Positions 19,708-28,964 of a DNA stretch of 64,000 nucleotides are shown here, piece after piece. The notes below the pieces were generated by a model. That model searched no databases, had not been told where the DNA came from, and was given only the letters and a program-made list of their open reading frames with translations. How positions within the stretch are numbered: position 1 is the stretch's first letter; every line of letters starts with the position of its first letter. Source of the DNA: an uncultured Chloroflexia bacterium (GTDB lineage: Bacteria; Chloroflexota; Limnocylindria; Limnocylindrales; CSP1-4); the NCBI GenBank assembly GCA_963720755.1, contig CAVRGP010000015.1:1-64000 (forward strand). Reading direction: 5' to 3'. The translations under genes and the position numbers were made by a program.

Positions 19708-19850
19708 CCGGCGTCTCGTCGCGTGCGACAGCCGGCGTCTCGTCGCGTGCTCCTGCGGTCGTCGCGTAGGGCAGACGTCGTCGCGTAGGGCAGACGTCGT
19801 CGCGTCCGCCTTCGCCCACGGCCGCAGTCGTCGTCTCGTCGTGTGCGGCT
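19708..19850 (+). repeat. Degenerate tandem repeats with core TCGTCGCGT (24- and 19-bp periods)
   Basis: CCGGCGTCTCGTCGCGTGC x2 and GTCGTCGCGTAGGGCAGAC x2.5 immediately left of arm B1. Confidence 0.8.
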
Positions 19851-19864
19851 GCGCCGCGACCAAA

Positions 19865-20070
19865 CCTGGCGAGATTCTCCTGCACGGACCGTTATGGCAA
19901 GTCGGCGGCGAGATATGGGGTCCGCCAGGGGCTTCTGGCCTGGTTGCGGGCCCTGCTCAGGCCTGGGCCACGCTCAACATTCGGGACCTCATGGACCCGA
20001 TCGGCGCGAAGTCGGGTTTGGCCCCGGCGACGACATGTCATAACGGTCCCACCAAGACGATCCTGCCAGG
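19865..20070. repeat. Inverted pair of 40-bp arms (family B: B1 19865-19904, B2 20031-20070)
   Basis: B1 vs reverse complement of B2: 30/40 identical by hand alignment, invariant core GGACCGTTATG. Confidence 0.85.
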
Positions 20071-20128
20071 TAGGTGGACGCCCATACGCGATGAGCGCCA
20101 GATACGTCTCTCGCCCGACACTCAGCCG

Positions 20129-20866
20129 ATGGATGACCAACGTTTCGGGTCGGTGGTCCGAGCGGTCCGGGTCAAACGCCGGTGGCGCCAGCAGGACGTT
20201 GCTGACAAGGCTCGGGTCTCACCCTCCACGGTGTCTCGCATCGAGCGGGGCCATCTCGAGACGCTGACGCTCGCGTCGGTCCGGCGCGTTGCGGCGGCGC
20301 TCGACGTCAGGGTCGACCTCGTGGGTCGCTGGCGGGCCGGCGACCTCGACCGGCTGTTGAATGCGAAGCACTCGGCCCTCCACGAGCAGGTCGCTCGCCG
20401 CTTCCGGGACGTGCATCCCGAATGGGTGTTCGAGCCCGAGGTGTCCTTCTCGATCTTCGGCGAGCGCGGGATCATCGACATCCTCGCGTGGCACCCGGCA
20501 AACCGCGCCATGCTCGTGATCGAGTTGAAGACCGACATCGTCGACGTGAACCAGCTCGTTGGCCGCGTCGATCAGAAGCGAAGGCTGGGGCGGGACGTCG
20601 CGCGTGACCGGGGCTGGGACGCTGGTGCCGCATCGGTCTGGGTGATCGTTTCGGACGGTCGGACGAGCCGCGCACGTATCGATGCGCACCGGGCGATGCT
20701 GCGCGCCGCGTACCCGATGGATGGGCGAGGGATCCGAGCCTGGCTGCGTGACCCGATCAGGCCGGCTGCTGCCCTGTCGATGTGGCACAACGGTCACCGG
20801 GGGACCACTACGCCAAGTCTTGCGGCCCGGCGCCGGGTTCGAGTCGGTCGATCGCGCGAAGCGTGA
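20129..20866 (+). CDS. XRE-family HTH fused to a PD-(D/E)xK restriction-endonuclease-like domain
   Basis: RAVRVKRRWRQQDVADKARVSPSTVSRIERG (XRE HTH); EPEVSF...GIIDILAW...LVIELKT (E..D..ExK). Confidence 0.82.
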   Translation: MDDQRFGSVVRAVRVKRRWRQQDVADKARVSPSTVSRIERGHLETLTLASVRRVAAALDVRVDLVGRWRAGDLDRLLNAKHSALHEQVARRFRDVHPEWVFEPEVSFSIFGERGIIDILAWHPANRAMLVIELKTDIVDVNQLVGRVDQKRRLGRDVARDRGWDAGAASVWVIVSDGRTSRARIDAHRAMLRAAYPMDGRGIRAWLRDPIRPAAALSMWHNGHRGTTTPSLAARRRVRVGRSREA

Positions 20867-20934
20867 GCACGACCGAGCTCGCGACCGGTTCGCCTCGGGA
20901 CGTCGGGAGCCCGATCGCAGACCGACGAGGCAAC

Positions 20935-20974
20935 AAACTCGACATAACGGTCCGTGGGGGCACATCTCGCCGAC
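20935..20974 (-). repeat. Third family-B arm (B3), inverted relative to B1
   Basis: Reverse complement GTCGGCGAGATGTGCCCCCACGGACCGTTATGTCGAGTTT, 28/40 identical to B1. Confidence 0.85.
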
Positions 20975-20992
20975 TTCCGGGCGCTGACGACG

Positions 20993-21128
20993 GGGGAGGG
21001 GCCACACAACGGGGAGCGGCCACACAACGGGGAGCGGCCAAACAACGGGGAGCGGCCACACATCGGGCAGCGGCCCCACAACGGGCAGCGGCCCCACAAC
21101 GGGGAGCGGCCACACAACGGGGAGCGGC
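20993..21128 (+). repeat. 18-bp tandem repeat, consensus GGGGAGCGGCCACACAAC, about 7.5 copies
   Basis: Seven full units with 0-2 substitutions each plus a partial unit; no spacers. Confidence 0.95.
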
Positions 21129-21178
21129 TCAGCGACCTTCCCGCCGCCTCTCCGCGCCGTTCGTGGCACCATCAGCAC

Positions 21179-21712
21179 GTGACGACCCCGCAAGCCTCTG
21201 CTCCATCCGCCGCGCCCGAAACCATGCAGGGCCCCTCGGGAGCCCCCGGCGCTCCGGACGAAGGAAGCGGCCAGACCCACGGCTGTGCTCGGTGCGGCGC
21301 GCCGGTCCCGCTCGACGTCGGCCTGTGCGAGCGCTGCAATCCGCTCGGCCTGCGCGATGTCTCGAGTTCCCAGGTCCACGGGATCGCGATCGGTGGGGTC
21401 ATCCTGTCGGTCATCCTGCTGGCGCTCGTCGGCAAGTTCCTGCTGGCCGGGGTCGGCCCGTTCGATGCCGTGGTGACCGACGCGATCCCGGATGGCGCCG
21501 GATTGACGATCACCCTCGAGGTGACGAACACCGGGAGCAATGGCGGCCAGACGACCTGCCGGATCACCGATCCGACCGACCGGACGGGCAATACCGGCGG
21601 GTTCATGCTCAGCCCGAACATCGACCCGGGCCAGACGATCACGTTCACCCAGCGGATCACCGAGCTGGGCGGGGAGCTGCGCCCGCTCCTGGTCGAGTGC
21701 GCGCAGCCGTGA
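21179..21712 (+). CDS. Hypothetical membrane protein with N-terminal zinc ribbon
   Basis: CARC-x9-CERC, one TM helix, extracytoplasmic beta domain (LEVTNTGS); overlaps the next gene. Confidence 0.7.
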   Translation: MTTPQASAPSAAPETMQGPSGAPGAPDEGSGQTHGCARCGAPVPLDVGLCERCNPLGLRDVSSSQVHGIAIGGVILSVILLALVGKFLLAGVGPFDAVVTDAIPDGAGLTITLEVTNTGSNGGQTTCRITDPTDRTGNTGGFMLSPNIDPGQTITFTQRITELGGELRPLLVECAQP

Positions 21713-22551
21713 CCCAGGCGGCGATCGACGACGCGTCGACCGGCGAAGCCTCGACCTACCAGGACGAACTGACCTTCGCGCTCGATCTCGCCGAGCGGGC
21801 CGGCGCGGTCCTGATGGACCATTACGAGCGCCTCGAGCAGATCGACTACAAGAGCGCGCGAGACGTCGTGACGGAGGCGGACCACTTGTCCGAGGCGCTC
21901 ATCCTCGGAGCGATCCGCGAGCGATTCCCGACCGATGGGATCGTCGCCGAGGAGACCGGGGAGCACAAGGCCAAGGCGGGCGAGGCGCCAACCTCAGGCC
22001 GCGGCCGGGCCTGGATCGTCGACCCGCTCGATGGCACCGTGAATTACGCCAACGGCATCCCGGTGTTCTGCGTGTCGATCGCGTTGGTCGTGGACGGTCG
22101 CCCGGCCGTCGGCGTCATCCTCGACCCGACCCGGCACGAGACGTATGCAGCGACCGCCGACGGTCCGACGACGCTCGCCGGCCATCCGGTCCACGTGTCC
22201 GAGAAGGATCGGCTGTCCGACTTCGTGATCTCCATGGCGCTCAACGGGCGGACCGCGACATCGCGGGGACGGAACGTCCGGAAGGCGATCCGGATCTCAC
22301 GGTCGATGGGTTCAGCGGCACTCGCCCTCGCCTACGTGGCGAACGGCCGGTTCGATGCGTTCGTCCAGCAGGGCGGGCTGTCGGCCTGGGACGTGGCCGC
22401 GGCCGGGTTGATCGCGGAACGGGCCGGCGCCATGGTCACCGCGCCCGACGGAGGCCCCTGGTTCGATGTCGGGCGTCCACCCAAGGCGTTCGGGATCCTT
22501 GCCGCCCCTCCGACCCATCACGGCACGCTCCTCGGCCTCATCAAGACCTGA
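21709..22551 (+). CDS. Inositol monophosphatase family protein
   Basis: DVVTEAD, VAEE, WIVDPLDGTVNY, GSAAL, WDVAAAGLIAERAG. Confidence 0.92.
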   Translation: MTQAAIDDASTGEASTYQDELTFALDLAERAGAVLMDHYERLEQIDYKSARDVVTEADHLSEALILGAIRERFPTDGIVAEETGEHKAKAGEAPTSGRGRAWIVDPLDGTVNYANGIPVFCVSIALVVDGRPAVGVILDPTRHETYAATADGPTTLAGHPVHVSEKDRLSDFVISMALNGRTATSRGRNVRKAIRISRSMGSAALALAYVANGRFDAFVQQGGLSAWDVAAAGLIAERAGAMVTAPDGGPWFDVGRPPKAFGILAAPPTHHGTLLGLIKT

Positions 22552-22648
22552 CGACACCGCGCGGCGCGGGCCTCAGAGCCTGTGAATGAACTCGGCCGCA
22601 CGAACTGACCCATTCGTGCCATAGAACCTGACACTCCCGGCCGTCAGC

Positions 22649-23205
22649 ATGACGGTCATGAGCGCCGTCATCGAGATCAGCGACATCGAGTGGGCGCTCG
22701 TGGAGGACCTGTTCGACCCGCATCGGCGCGAGGGAAAGCCCGCGCGCTACCCGCGCCGGGACGTGGTCGATGCGATCCTGTTCCTCGCCCGCACCGGCTG
22801 CCAGTGGCGCTACCTCCCGACGTGCTATCCACCCTGGGAGGCGGTCTGGCAGCAAGTGGCGGCGCTGGCGCTCGAACGGAGTCTGGGCGAGGGCCATGAC
22901 TCGCCTGGCGGAGCGGATCCGCACCCGACAAGGACGCACCGCCAAGCCGACGATGGTGATGATCGACGCCCAGACCGTTCGCGGCGGACGTGCCGGGCCC
23001 ACGTTCCACGAGGCTGGCGGACAAGGGGACGGTCGGCTTCACGCCGATCGCGCCGCTCTACCGCGTCGAGCACGTCTTCGCGCGCCGGGGCCGGTGGCGG
23101 CGGCTGTCGCGCTGCTACGAGGGATTCGCGGCGAGCGCCCGGGCCTGGCTCGAAGTGGCCGCCGTCGCCTACCTATTCGGACGGCTCCGCGTGGAGCCGG
23201 CCTGA
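22649..23205 (+). pseudogene. IS5-family transposase, frameshifted and internally deleted
   Basis: SDIEWALV...RTGCQWRYLP..YPPW, IDAQTV, then directly RVEHVFA..GRWRRLSRCYE; the central catalytic segment is missing. Confidence 0.88.
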
Positions 23206-23225
23206 GCGATCAGGGCCGGCGAGGA

Positions 23226-23733
23226 CTACTGTCCGTCAGTCGAAGGCACGGGCTCGACAAACGGCGTCTCGGCTCCCGCGTTGTGGTTCGTGATAAGGAC
23301 TGCGTCCTCGTCCTCCGGCTTCTGCATGGCGGGGTCGTCCCGGTGCCCCCGCCGCACCACGCCGAGGGAGCAGCCCGAGCCCGGCCCCAGGGTCAGGAGT
23401 ACGTCAACGGCCTCGTTCGCTCCCAGGACGAGCGGCAGGCTGCACGCCCCGCCGAGGGCTGCCAATGCGTAGCTACCCTGTGATGTCGCGAAGTCGCCGC
23501 GCAGCGCCTCGCCGGCGACGAAGGTGATGGGCAAGCCGGATCCCAGGATCGTCGGGCGATGTCATCACGACCTCGACGGGTGATGATGGCGCGGCAGGAT
23601 CCGCGGTGAGCCACACGCTCGCGGGAGCGGGCGCCTGCTCGCTCAGCGGCATACCGCCGCACCCAGACAGGCTCGACGCAGCACTGACGACTGCCACGCC
23701 GAGTAACACGATCCTGCGAGGCTTCCTCCACAT
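23226..23733 (-). CDS. Passenger hypothetical lipoprotein, frameshift near 23535
   Basis: MWRKPRRIVLLGVAVVSAASSLSGC lipobox; continues PITFVAGEALRG in the adjacent frame. Confidence 0.55.
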
Positions 23734-23817
23734 GCCCCGAGGTTCGTCCGTCGAAGTGCTCCAATCAAGGGTCCCAACGCACGCGAGATCGGGGCGCGGG
23801 AGTTCATTCACAGACTC

Positions 23818-24723
23818 TCAGTCGTCCGCCACCCAGCGGTGGGGCCGTGTCCGAAGCCGGTCGAGGCCCCATTCCTCGCAGAAGGCCTCCCACTCGGCCC
23901 GCGGCGCGCCGTCCCAGCGCAGCTCGTCGGGGTCGGTCTGGCGGATGGGGACCCCGTCGTCGACGGACCTGAGTCGGGCCAGGTCGCGGTAGAGCAGGGC
24001 CTCGTCCCAGTGATCGCGCAGCGTCGCCGCGAGGGCCATCGCCCGCGAACCGCCGACGCCCGGGACCTCCCAGGCCGAGGCCATCGGTGGGACATCCTCG
24101 TAGTGGCCGTAGCGAGCAAGGACTGCCGCAGCGGACTTGGCACCCCAGCCGGGCAGCCCGGGGAAGCCGTCCGACGTGTCGCCGACGAGGCCGAGCCAGT
24201 CGGGGATCGAGGTCGGCGCCACGCCCCACTTCTCGCGGACCCCGGCATCGTCGTAGACGATGTCGCGGCGTCGGTCCCAGAGCACGACCCGATCCTCGAC
24301 CACGAGCTGGGCCATGTCCTTGTCCGGCGTGCACACGAGGATGCGCTCGACCGCGGGATCCCCGGCGAACCGCCAGGCCGCGGCCCCGATCGCGTCATCG
24401 GCCTCGAATTCGACCATCGGCCAGAGGACGATCCCGAGCGCATCGACGGCGGCCTCGGCGATCGGGAACTGGGCCAGCAGCTCAGGCGGCATCCCGGCCG
24501 AGGACTTGTACCCGGCATAGAGGTCGTTCCGGAACGACTCGATCACCCGGTCCGTGGCGCACCCAACGTGGGTGGCGCCCTGCTCGCGCAACAGGAACAG
24601 GAGCTGATCGCATAGCCCGGACACCCCCGACAGGACGATCCCGTCGCGGCCGATCACGGGCGGGCGCGGCGCGTAGTGGGCTCGGAACAGCTCGTAGGTC
24701 GCGTCGACCAGGTGGAGCCGCAC
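23818..24723 (-). CDS. Stand-alone 5'-3' exonuclease/flap endonuclease
   Basis: LVDATYELFR, SFRNDLY.GYK, EFEADD, PDKDM.Q, LVGDTSDGFPGLPGWGAKSA (H3TH). Confidence 0.92.
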   Translation of the reverse strand: MRLHLVDATYELFRAHYAPRPPVIGRDGIVLSGVSGLCDQLLFLLREQGATHVGCATDRVIESFRNDLYAGYKSSAGMPPELLAQFPIAEAAVDALGIVLWPMVEFEADDAIGAAAWRFAGDPAVERILVCTPDKDMAQLVVEDRVVLWDRRRDIVYDDAGVREKWGVAPTSIPDWLGLVGDTSDGFPGLPGWGAKSAAAVLARYGHYEDVPPMASAWEVPGVGGSRAMALAATLRDHWDEALLYRDLARLRSVDDGVPIRQTDPDELRWDGAPRAEWEAFCEEWGLDRLRTRPHRWVADD

Positions 24724-24732
24724 GAGCCGCTG

Positions 24733-25404
24733 TCAGCCGCCGGACGGAGCGGTCTTGGGCGTGGTCCCGATCTCGGTCCCGGTCGCTGGCTTGGCCCGGG
24801 GCCTGGCCTTGCGAACCGACTTCGCCGCTTCCTGACCCGATGCGATGCGGTCGGCCGTCTCGCCCTCGACGAGCTCCTTGAACCGGGTGAGGTCGGCCTG
24901 GAAGATGGCCGCGAGGACCGGCGTCATCGCCAGGGCGCCCAGGTGGGCGAAGATGGGCGGGATGAGGATCTCGTCCCAGCGCACGATCGTCGTCGTCGCG
25001 TCCGCGCCGGACTCGAGGGTGATCGTGCCGGACCCGCGGAACGCGCCATCGTGGCTGATCGCATAGCGGTGGGGCGGCTCGAATTCGGTGATCCGGACCG
25101 GGTCGGTCACGGTGATCCCGAAGATGCGGACGTCCGCCTCGCAGACGAGCCCCACGCCGATCGCTTCGCCTTCCGGGATCCTGACTGCCTTCATCTCGTG
25201 CATCCAGAGCGGCTGCCGCTCGATGTCGGCGACGACCTCCCAGACCCGTTCGATCGGCGCGTCGACGACGACGAGCGACCGGATCGGCTCTGGCTCCGCC
25301 CCCTTGGACTGGTCGGCCAGGATCTTGTCGAGGGCGTAGCTGATGCCGGCCCCGGCGATGGCCAGCCGGATCGCGCCGCGGATCATCGCATCACCGTCCG
25401 CCAC
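24733..25404 (-). CDS. SRPBCC (START-like) family protein
   Basis: VVVDAPIERVWEVVAD...PLWM...ITEFEPP. Confidence 0.85.
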   Translation of the reverse strand: MADGDAMIRGAIRLAIAGAGISYALDKILADQSKGAEPEPIRSLVVVDAPIERVWEVVADIERQPLWMHEMKAVRIPEGEAIGVGLVCEADVRIFGITVTDPVRITEFEPPHRYAISHDGAFRGSGTITLESGADATTTIVRWDEILIPPIFAHLGALAMTPVLAAIFQADLTRFKELVEGETADRIASGQEAAKSVRKARPRAKPATGTEIGTTPKTAPSGG

Positions 25405-25987
25405 AGGCCGACGCCCGCGGCTTCCATCTCGTCGAGGGCCCGGGCTCCGTCACCCTCCGCGATGTCGACGGCCGCGACCGCATCGGCGAGGACGTGGGTC
25501 CGGAAACCGAGCCGGACCGCATCGAGCGCGGTCGCCTTGACGCAATAGTCGGTCGCCAGCCCGACCACGACCACGCGGTCGACCCCGGCGTCGCGCAGCA
25601 GCGACTCGAGTTCGGTCGCCACCGTCTCGCCCGACACGGGATCGCGCATGGTGAACCCGGAGTAGCCATCCTCGCCGTTCGCGCCCTTGCGGACCCGCGG
25701 CGCGTCTTCGGGCAGGACCAGGTCGGGATGGAGCGCCGCGCCCCAGGTGTCCGCCACGCAATGCACCGGCCAGATCCCGCCGTCCTTGGCGAAATGCGGT
25801 GTCGATGGCGGATGCCAGTCCTGCGTCGCGACCACCAACGCGTCGTTGTTCCGCGCCATCTCGACTTCGCGGTTCACGGTGGGCACGATCGCGGCGCCAC
25901 CGGCGACCGACAGGCCACCGGCCGGGTCGGCGAAATCGTTCTGGAGGTCGACGATGATCAGGCCGAACCCGGCCCGTACCGCTGCAT
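25383..25987 (-). CDS. pncA: Nicotinamidase/pyrazinamidase, 1-bp deletion near 25960
   Basis: VDLQNDF, TQDWHP..H, WPVHCV, KG..EDGYSGF, GLATDYCV; ATG (MQRYGPGSA) 6 nt after a -10-like TACGCT; an alternative in-frame GTG lies at 26042. Confidence 0.88.
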
Positions 25988-26319
25988 GAACGGAGCGTAC
26001 AGCAGCGACGCGCGGGGCGGATCGGCCGATGAGGGCGGTCACTTCCTTCTCCGGTAGCCCGACGGGTCTCGGGCGGGGCAGCTGTGTGAAGCGGCCGGCT
26101 CGCCAGCCAGCCACGCTAGACGTTTCTGCGCAGTTCATCGGATCGAGGCGGCCGACGAGGCGGTGTTCATCGACTTCACGTGGGTCGATGCAATACGATC
26201 GTGGCCGATCAGCGGATGGCGTCGTTGCGGAGCTGGGGCGCCAGCCAGGACGGCTGAGCGGCCGTCGCCCTGCGCTGAGCCGGACGGGCCGGTACGCCCG
26301 AGCACAACGAGGACCCTGG

Positions 26320-28473
26320 ATGCCTAAACCGGTCAGGATCATCCCGGCCACCGATCTTGGCAATGTCGAAGTCGCCAAGGTCGCCAACCTCTATCTCCTG
26401 ACCGACCCCCGTGGCGACATCCGACCGGATTCGCGCGGCCTCGGCCTGTACGACCTCGATACGCGGATCCTGTCGTCCTCCATCGTCCGGCTGAATCGCC
26501 AGCAGTTGACCTTGCTCCGCGGGCCTCGCCGCGACGGCGATGCGGAGACGATCCAGCTCACCAACCCGGAGATGCGCCGGTTGGGCGACAAGAGGACGGC
26601 CGACCAGAGCCTCGCCCGGCAGGAGCTGAGCGTCACCCGAACGCGCAAGATCGACGGGGTGCTCCACGAGGAGGTCGCGGTCGAGAGTTTTTCGGCAAGG
26701 ACCGAATCGATCCTCGTCGAACTCGGCCTCGGGGTCGACATGGCGGACATCTTCGAGGTGCGTGGCTATGATCGCGATGGCCGTGGCACGCTCGAACCGC
26801 CGACCATCGACGGAGCGCTGGTCAAGTTCGCCTACGACGGGCTCGATGGCCGTCGTCGAGTGACGACCGTGCACGTGAACGGCGCCAGCATCGATCCGGT
26901 CGTCGACGACGAAGCATGGCCCGGTTCAATGGTCGTCGCCTCGTGGCGCGCGCGCCTCCGGCCCGGACACCGGATGGCGGTCGACTGGACCGTGTCATGG
27001 ACCGTCGACCGACGGAGCTCCCGGGTTCGATCGCGCCCGTCGGGACCTCCGTCGTTCCCGGTTGCACGGATCCGATCCGACAACAAGCTCCTCGATGGGA
27101 CCCTTGCCCGATCCGAAGCCGACCTCGCCATGCTGCGCAACGTCGGCCCGGACCCCGGCGAGTCGTACCTGGCGGCAGGCATCCCCTGGTTCGCCACGCT
27201 GTTCGGGCGCGACAGCATCATCGCTGCGCTCGAGATGTTGCCGTTCAGTCCGACCCTGGCCACGGCCACCCTGCGCGTCCTCGCCCGGCTCCAGGCGACC
27301 TCGGATGATCCGGCCCACGACGCGGAGCCGGGCAAGATCGTCCACGAGATCCGAAGCGGCGAGATGGCGGCGACCGGTGAGGTTCCATACGCGGCCTATT
27401 ACGGGAGCATCGATGCGACGCCGCTGTGGCTGATCCTCCTCGGCGAGACGCACGCCTGGACCGGCGACGACTCGTTGCTCGACGCGTTGTGGCCGAATGC
27501 CCTCGCGGCCCTGGCCTGGATCGACGGCCCAGCCGACATCGATGGCGACGGGTTCGTCGAGTACTGGCGCCGGTCGGAGCATGGACTGGCCAACCAAGGG
27601 TGGAAGGATTCCGGTGATTCGATCCGTCACGTCGACGGCCGACTGGCCGAGGGCCCGATCGCCTTGGCGGAGGTCCAGGGCTATGTCTACGCGGCTCGCC
27701 GGGCGATGGCTCGCCTGGCGAGCCACCGAGGTGAATCCGAGCTGGCGGCGCGACTGGACTCCGATGCAGATTCCATCCAGGGTCGCTTCGACGACGCTTT
27801 CTGGGTCCCGCGCGCAAGGTTCTACGCCACGGCGCTGGACGGTGACAAGGGACCTGTCGCCTCGATCGGATCGAACGTGGGTCAGGCCCTGTGGACTGGG
27901 ATCGTCCCGGGCGATCGAGCCGCACGCGTCGCCGAACGCCTTACCGAGCCGGATATGTTCTCCGGCTGGGGCATCCGGACGTACGCTGCCGGTCAGCCCG
28001 GCTACAACCCGGTCGGCTATCACACCGGGTCGATCTGGCCCCATGACAACGCCATCATCGCCGCCGGATTCAAGTGGACCGGCTCGCCCGATGACGCGAA
28101 CCTGCTGGCTGGTCGGCTCATCGAATCCGCGCAGTGGTTCCCGGAATTCCGCCTGCCCGAATTGTTCTGCGGCTTCGATCGACGGACAGTCGGTGCCCCG
28201 GTCGCCTACCCAGTCGCCTGTTCGCCACAGGCTTGGTCTGCGGCGTCGCCGTATTTCCTGCTTTCGACGATGCTCGGGCTGCGGGCTGACGCCTGCGCGC
28301 GCCGGCTGGAACTCGTCCATCCGAAACTGCCCGACTGGCTCGGGCAGCTGAAGGTGACCGGATTGCCCGTCGGGGCCGGATCAATCGACCTCCTGGTCCA
28401 CCGGTGGCGCGGCCGGACGAGTGCCGAGGTCCTGGACAGTCGAGGCGATGTCGATGTCGTCATCCACGCCTGA
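26320..28473 (+). CDS. Glycogen-debranching-like glycoside hydrolase (GDE_N + (alpha/alpha)6 barrel)
   Basis: AGIPWFATLFGRDS, EPGKIVHE, YYGSIDATPL, NQGWKDS, YHTGSIWPHDN, RLPELFCG, ACSPQAW. Confidence 0.9.
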   Translation: MPKPVRIIPATDLGNVEVAKVANLYLLTDPRGDIRPDSRGLGLYDLDTRILSSSIVRLNRQQLTLLRGPRRDGDAETIQLTNPEMRRLGDKRTADQSLARQELSVTRTRKIDGVLHEEVAVESFSARTESILVELGLGVDMADIFEVRGYDRDGRGTLEPPTIDGALVKFAYDGLDGRRRVTTVHVNGASIDPVVDDEAWPGSMVVASWRARLRPGHRMAVDWTVSWTVDRRSSRVRSRPSGPPSFPVARIRSDNKLLDGTLARSEADLAMLRNVGPDPGESYLAAGIPWFATLFGRDSIIAALEMLPFSPTLATATLRVLARLQATSDDPAHDAEPGKIVHEIRSGEMAATGEVPYAAYYGSIDATPLWLILLGETHAWTGDDSLLDALWPNALAALAWIDGPADIDGDGFVEYWRRSEHGLANQGWKDSGDSIRHVDGRLAEGPIALAEVQGYVYAARRAMARLASHRGESELAARLDSDADSIQGRFDDAFWVPRARFYATALDGDKGPVASIGSNVGQALWTGIVPGDRAARVAERLTEPDMFSGWGIRTYAAGQPGYNPVGYHTGSIWPHDNAIIAAGFKWTGSPDDANLLAGRLIESAQWFPEFRLPELFCGFDRRTVGAPVAYPVACSPQAWSAASPYFLLSTMLGLRADACARRLELVHPKLPDWLGQLKVTGLPVGAGSIDLLVHRWRGRTSAEVLDSRGDVDVVIHA

Positions 28474-28621
28474 ACGATCGCCAAGTCTGAACTTGCGCGC
28501 TCCGACGAGCGGCTGATACGGGTCCGCTCACGGGTGAGTCGGCCGTCGCGACCCGCACGACGCCGAGTTCGGACTTGGATCAGGCGACCGAAGCCGCCGA
28601 CGCCGGTTCCTGAGTCTTCGA

Positions 28622-28951
28622 TCAGCTGGCGATGCGCCGCCCGAGCACGACGAGGGCATTCGCGAATTCCTCATATCGCTCTGGCGGCACCGACAGGACC
28701 TGGGGCTCGTCGGCGGGATCCTCGGGCACGAGGACCAGGGTCGCGGGCCGCTGGCGTTCGATGTCGAACTGGATGCGGCGCAGTTGGTGGTGGGCGATGT
28801 GTAGAGCCACGCGCTCGTCGTTGCCCACCAGGAGGCGTCGGTCCGTGACCAACACCTGGTGCTCCCGAGCCCTGGCCAGCACCTCGATCGTCTCGTCGGG
28901 TCCGATCAGCCCACGTAGCGCTGTCGGAAGCGGCTTCGTATCGTCGTCCAT
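28622..28951 (-). CDS. Hypothetical protein (possible PH-like domain)
   Basis: GGAG RBS; VLVTDRRLLV...LRRIQFDIE. Confidence 0.65.
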   Translation of the reverse strand: MDDDTKPLPTALRGLIGPDETIEVLARAREHQVLVTDRRLLVGNDERVALHIAHHQLRRIQFDIERQRPATLVLVPEDPADEPQVLSVPPERYEEFANALVVLGRRIAS

Positions 28952-28964
28952 CTTGCTTCTCCTG

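Larger units (their letters stand above)
22576..23817 (+). mobile_element. IS5-family (IS1031-like) non-autonomous element with a passenger gene
   Basis: TIRs GAGCCTGTGAATGAACTC (22576-22593) and GAGTTCATTCACAGACTC (23800-23817), 17/18 match; TCA duplicated on both sides. Confidence 0.88.

Noticed and set aside
20993-21128. 18-bp array as a CRISPR or guide array for the adjacent nuclease
   Set aside because: Units are contiguous and nearly identical with no unique spacers; no cas genes are present
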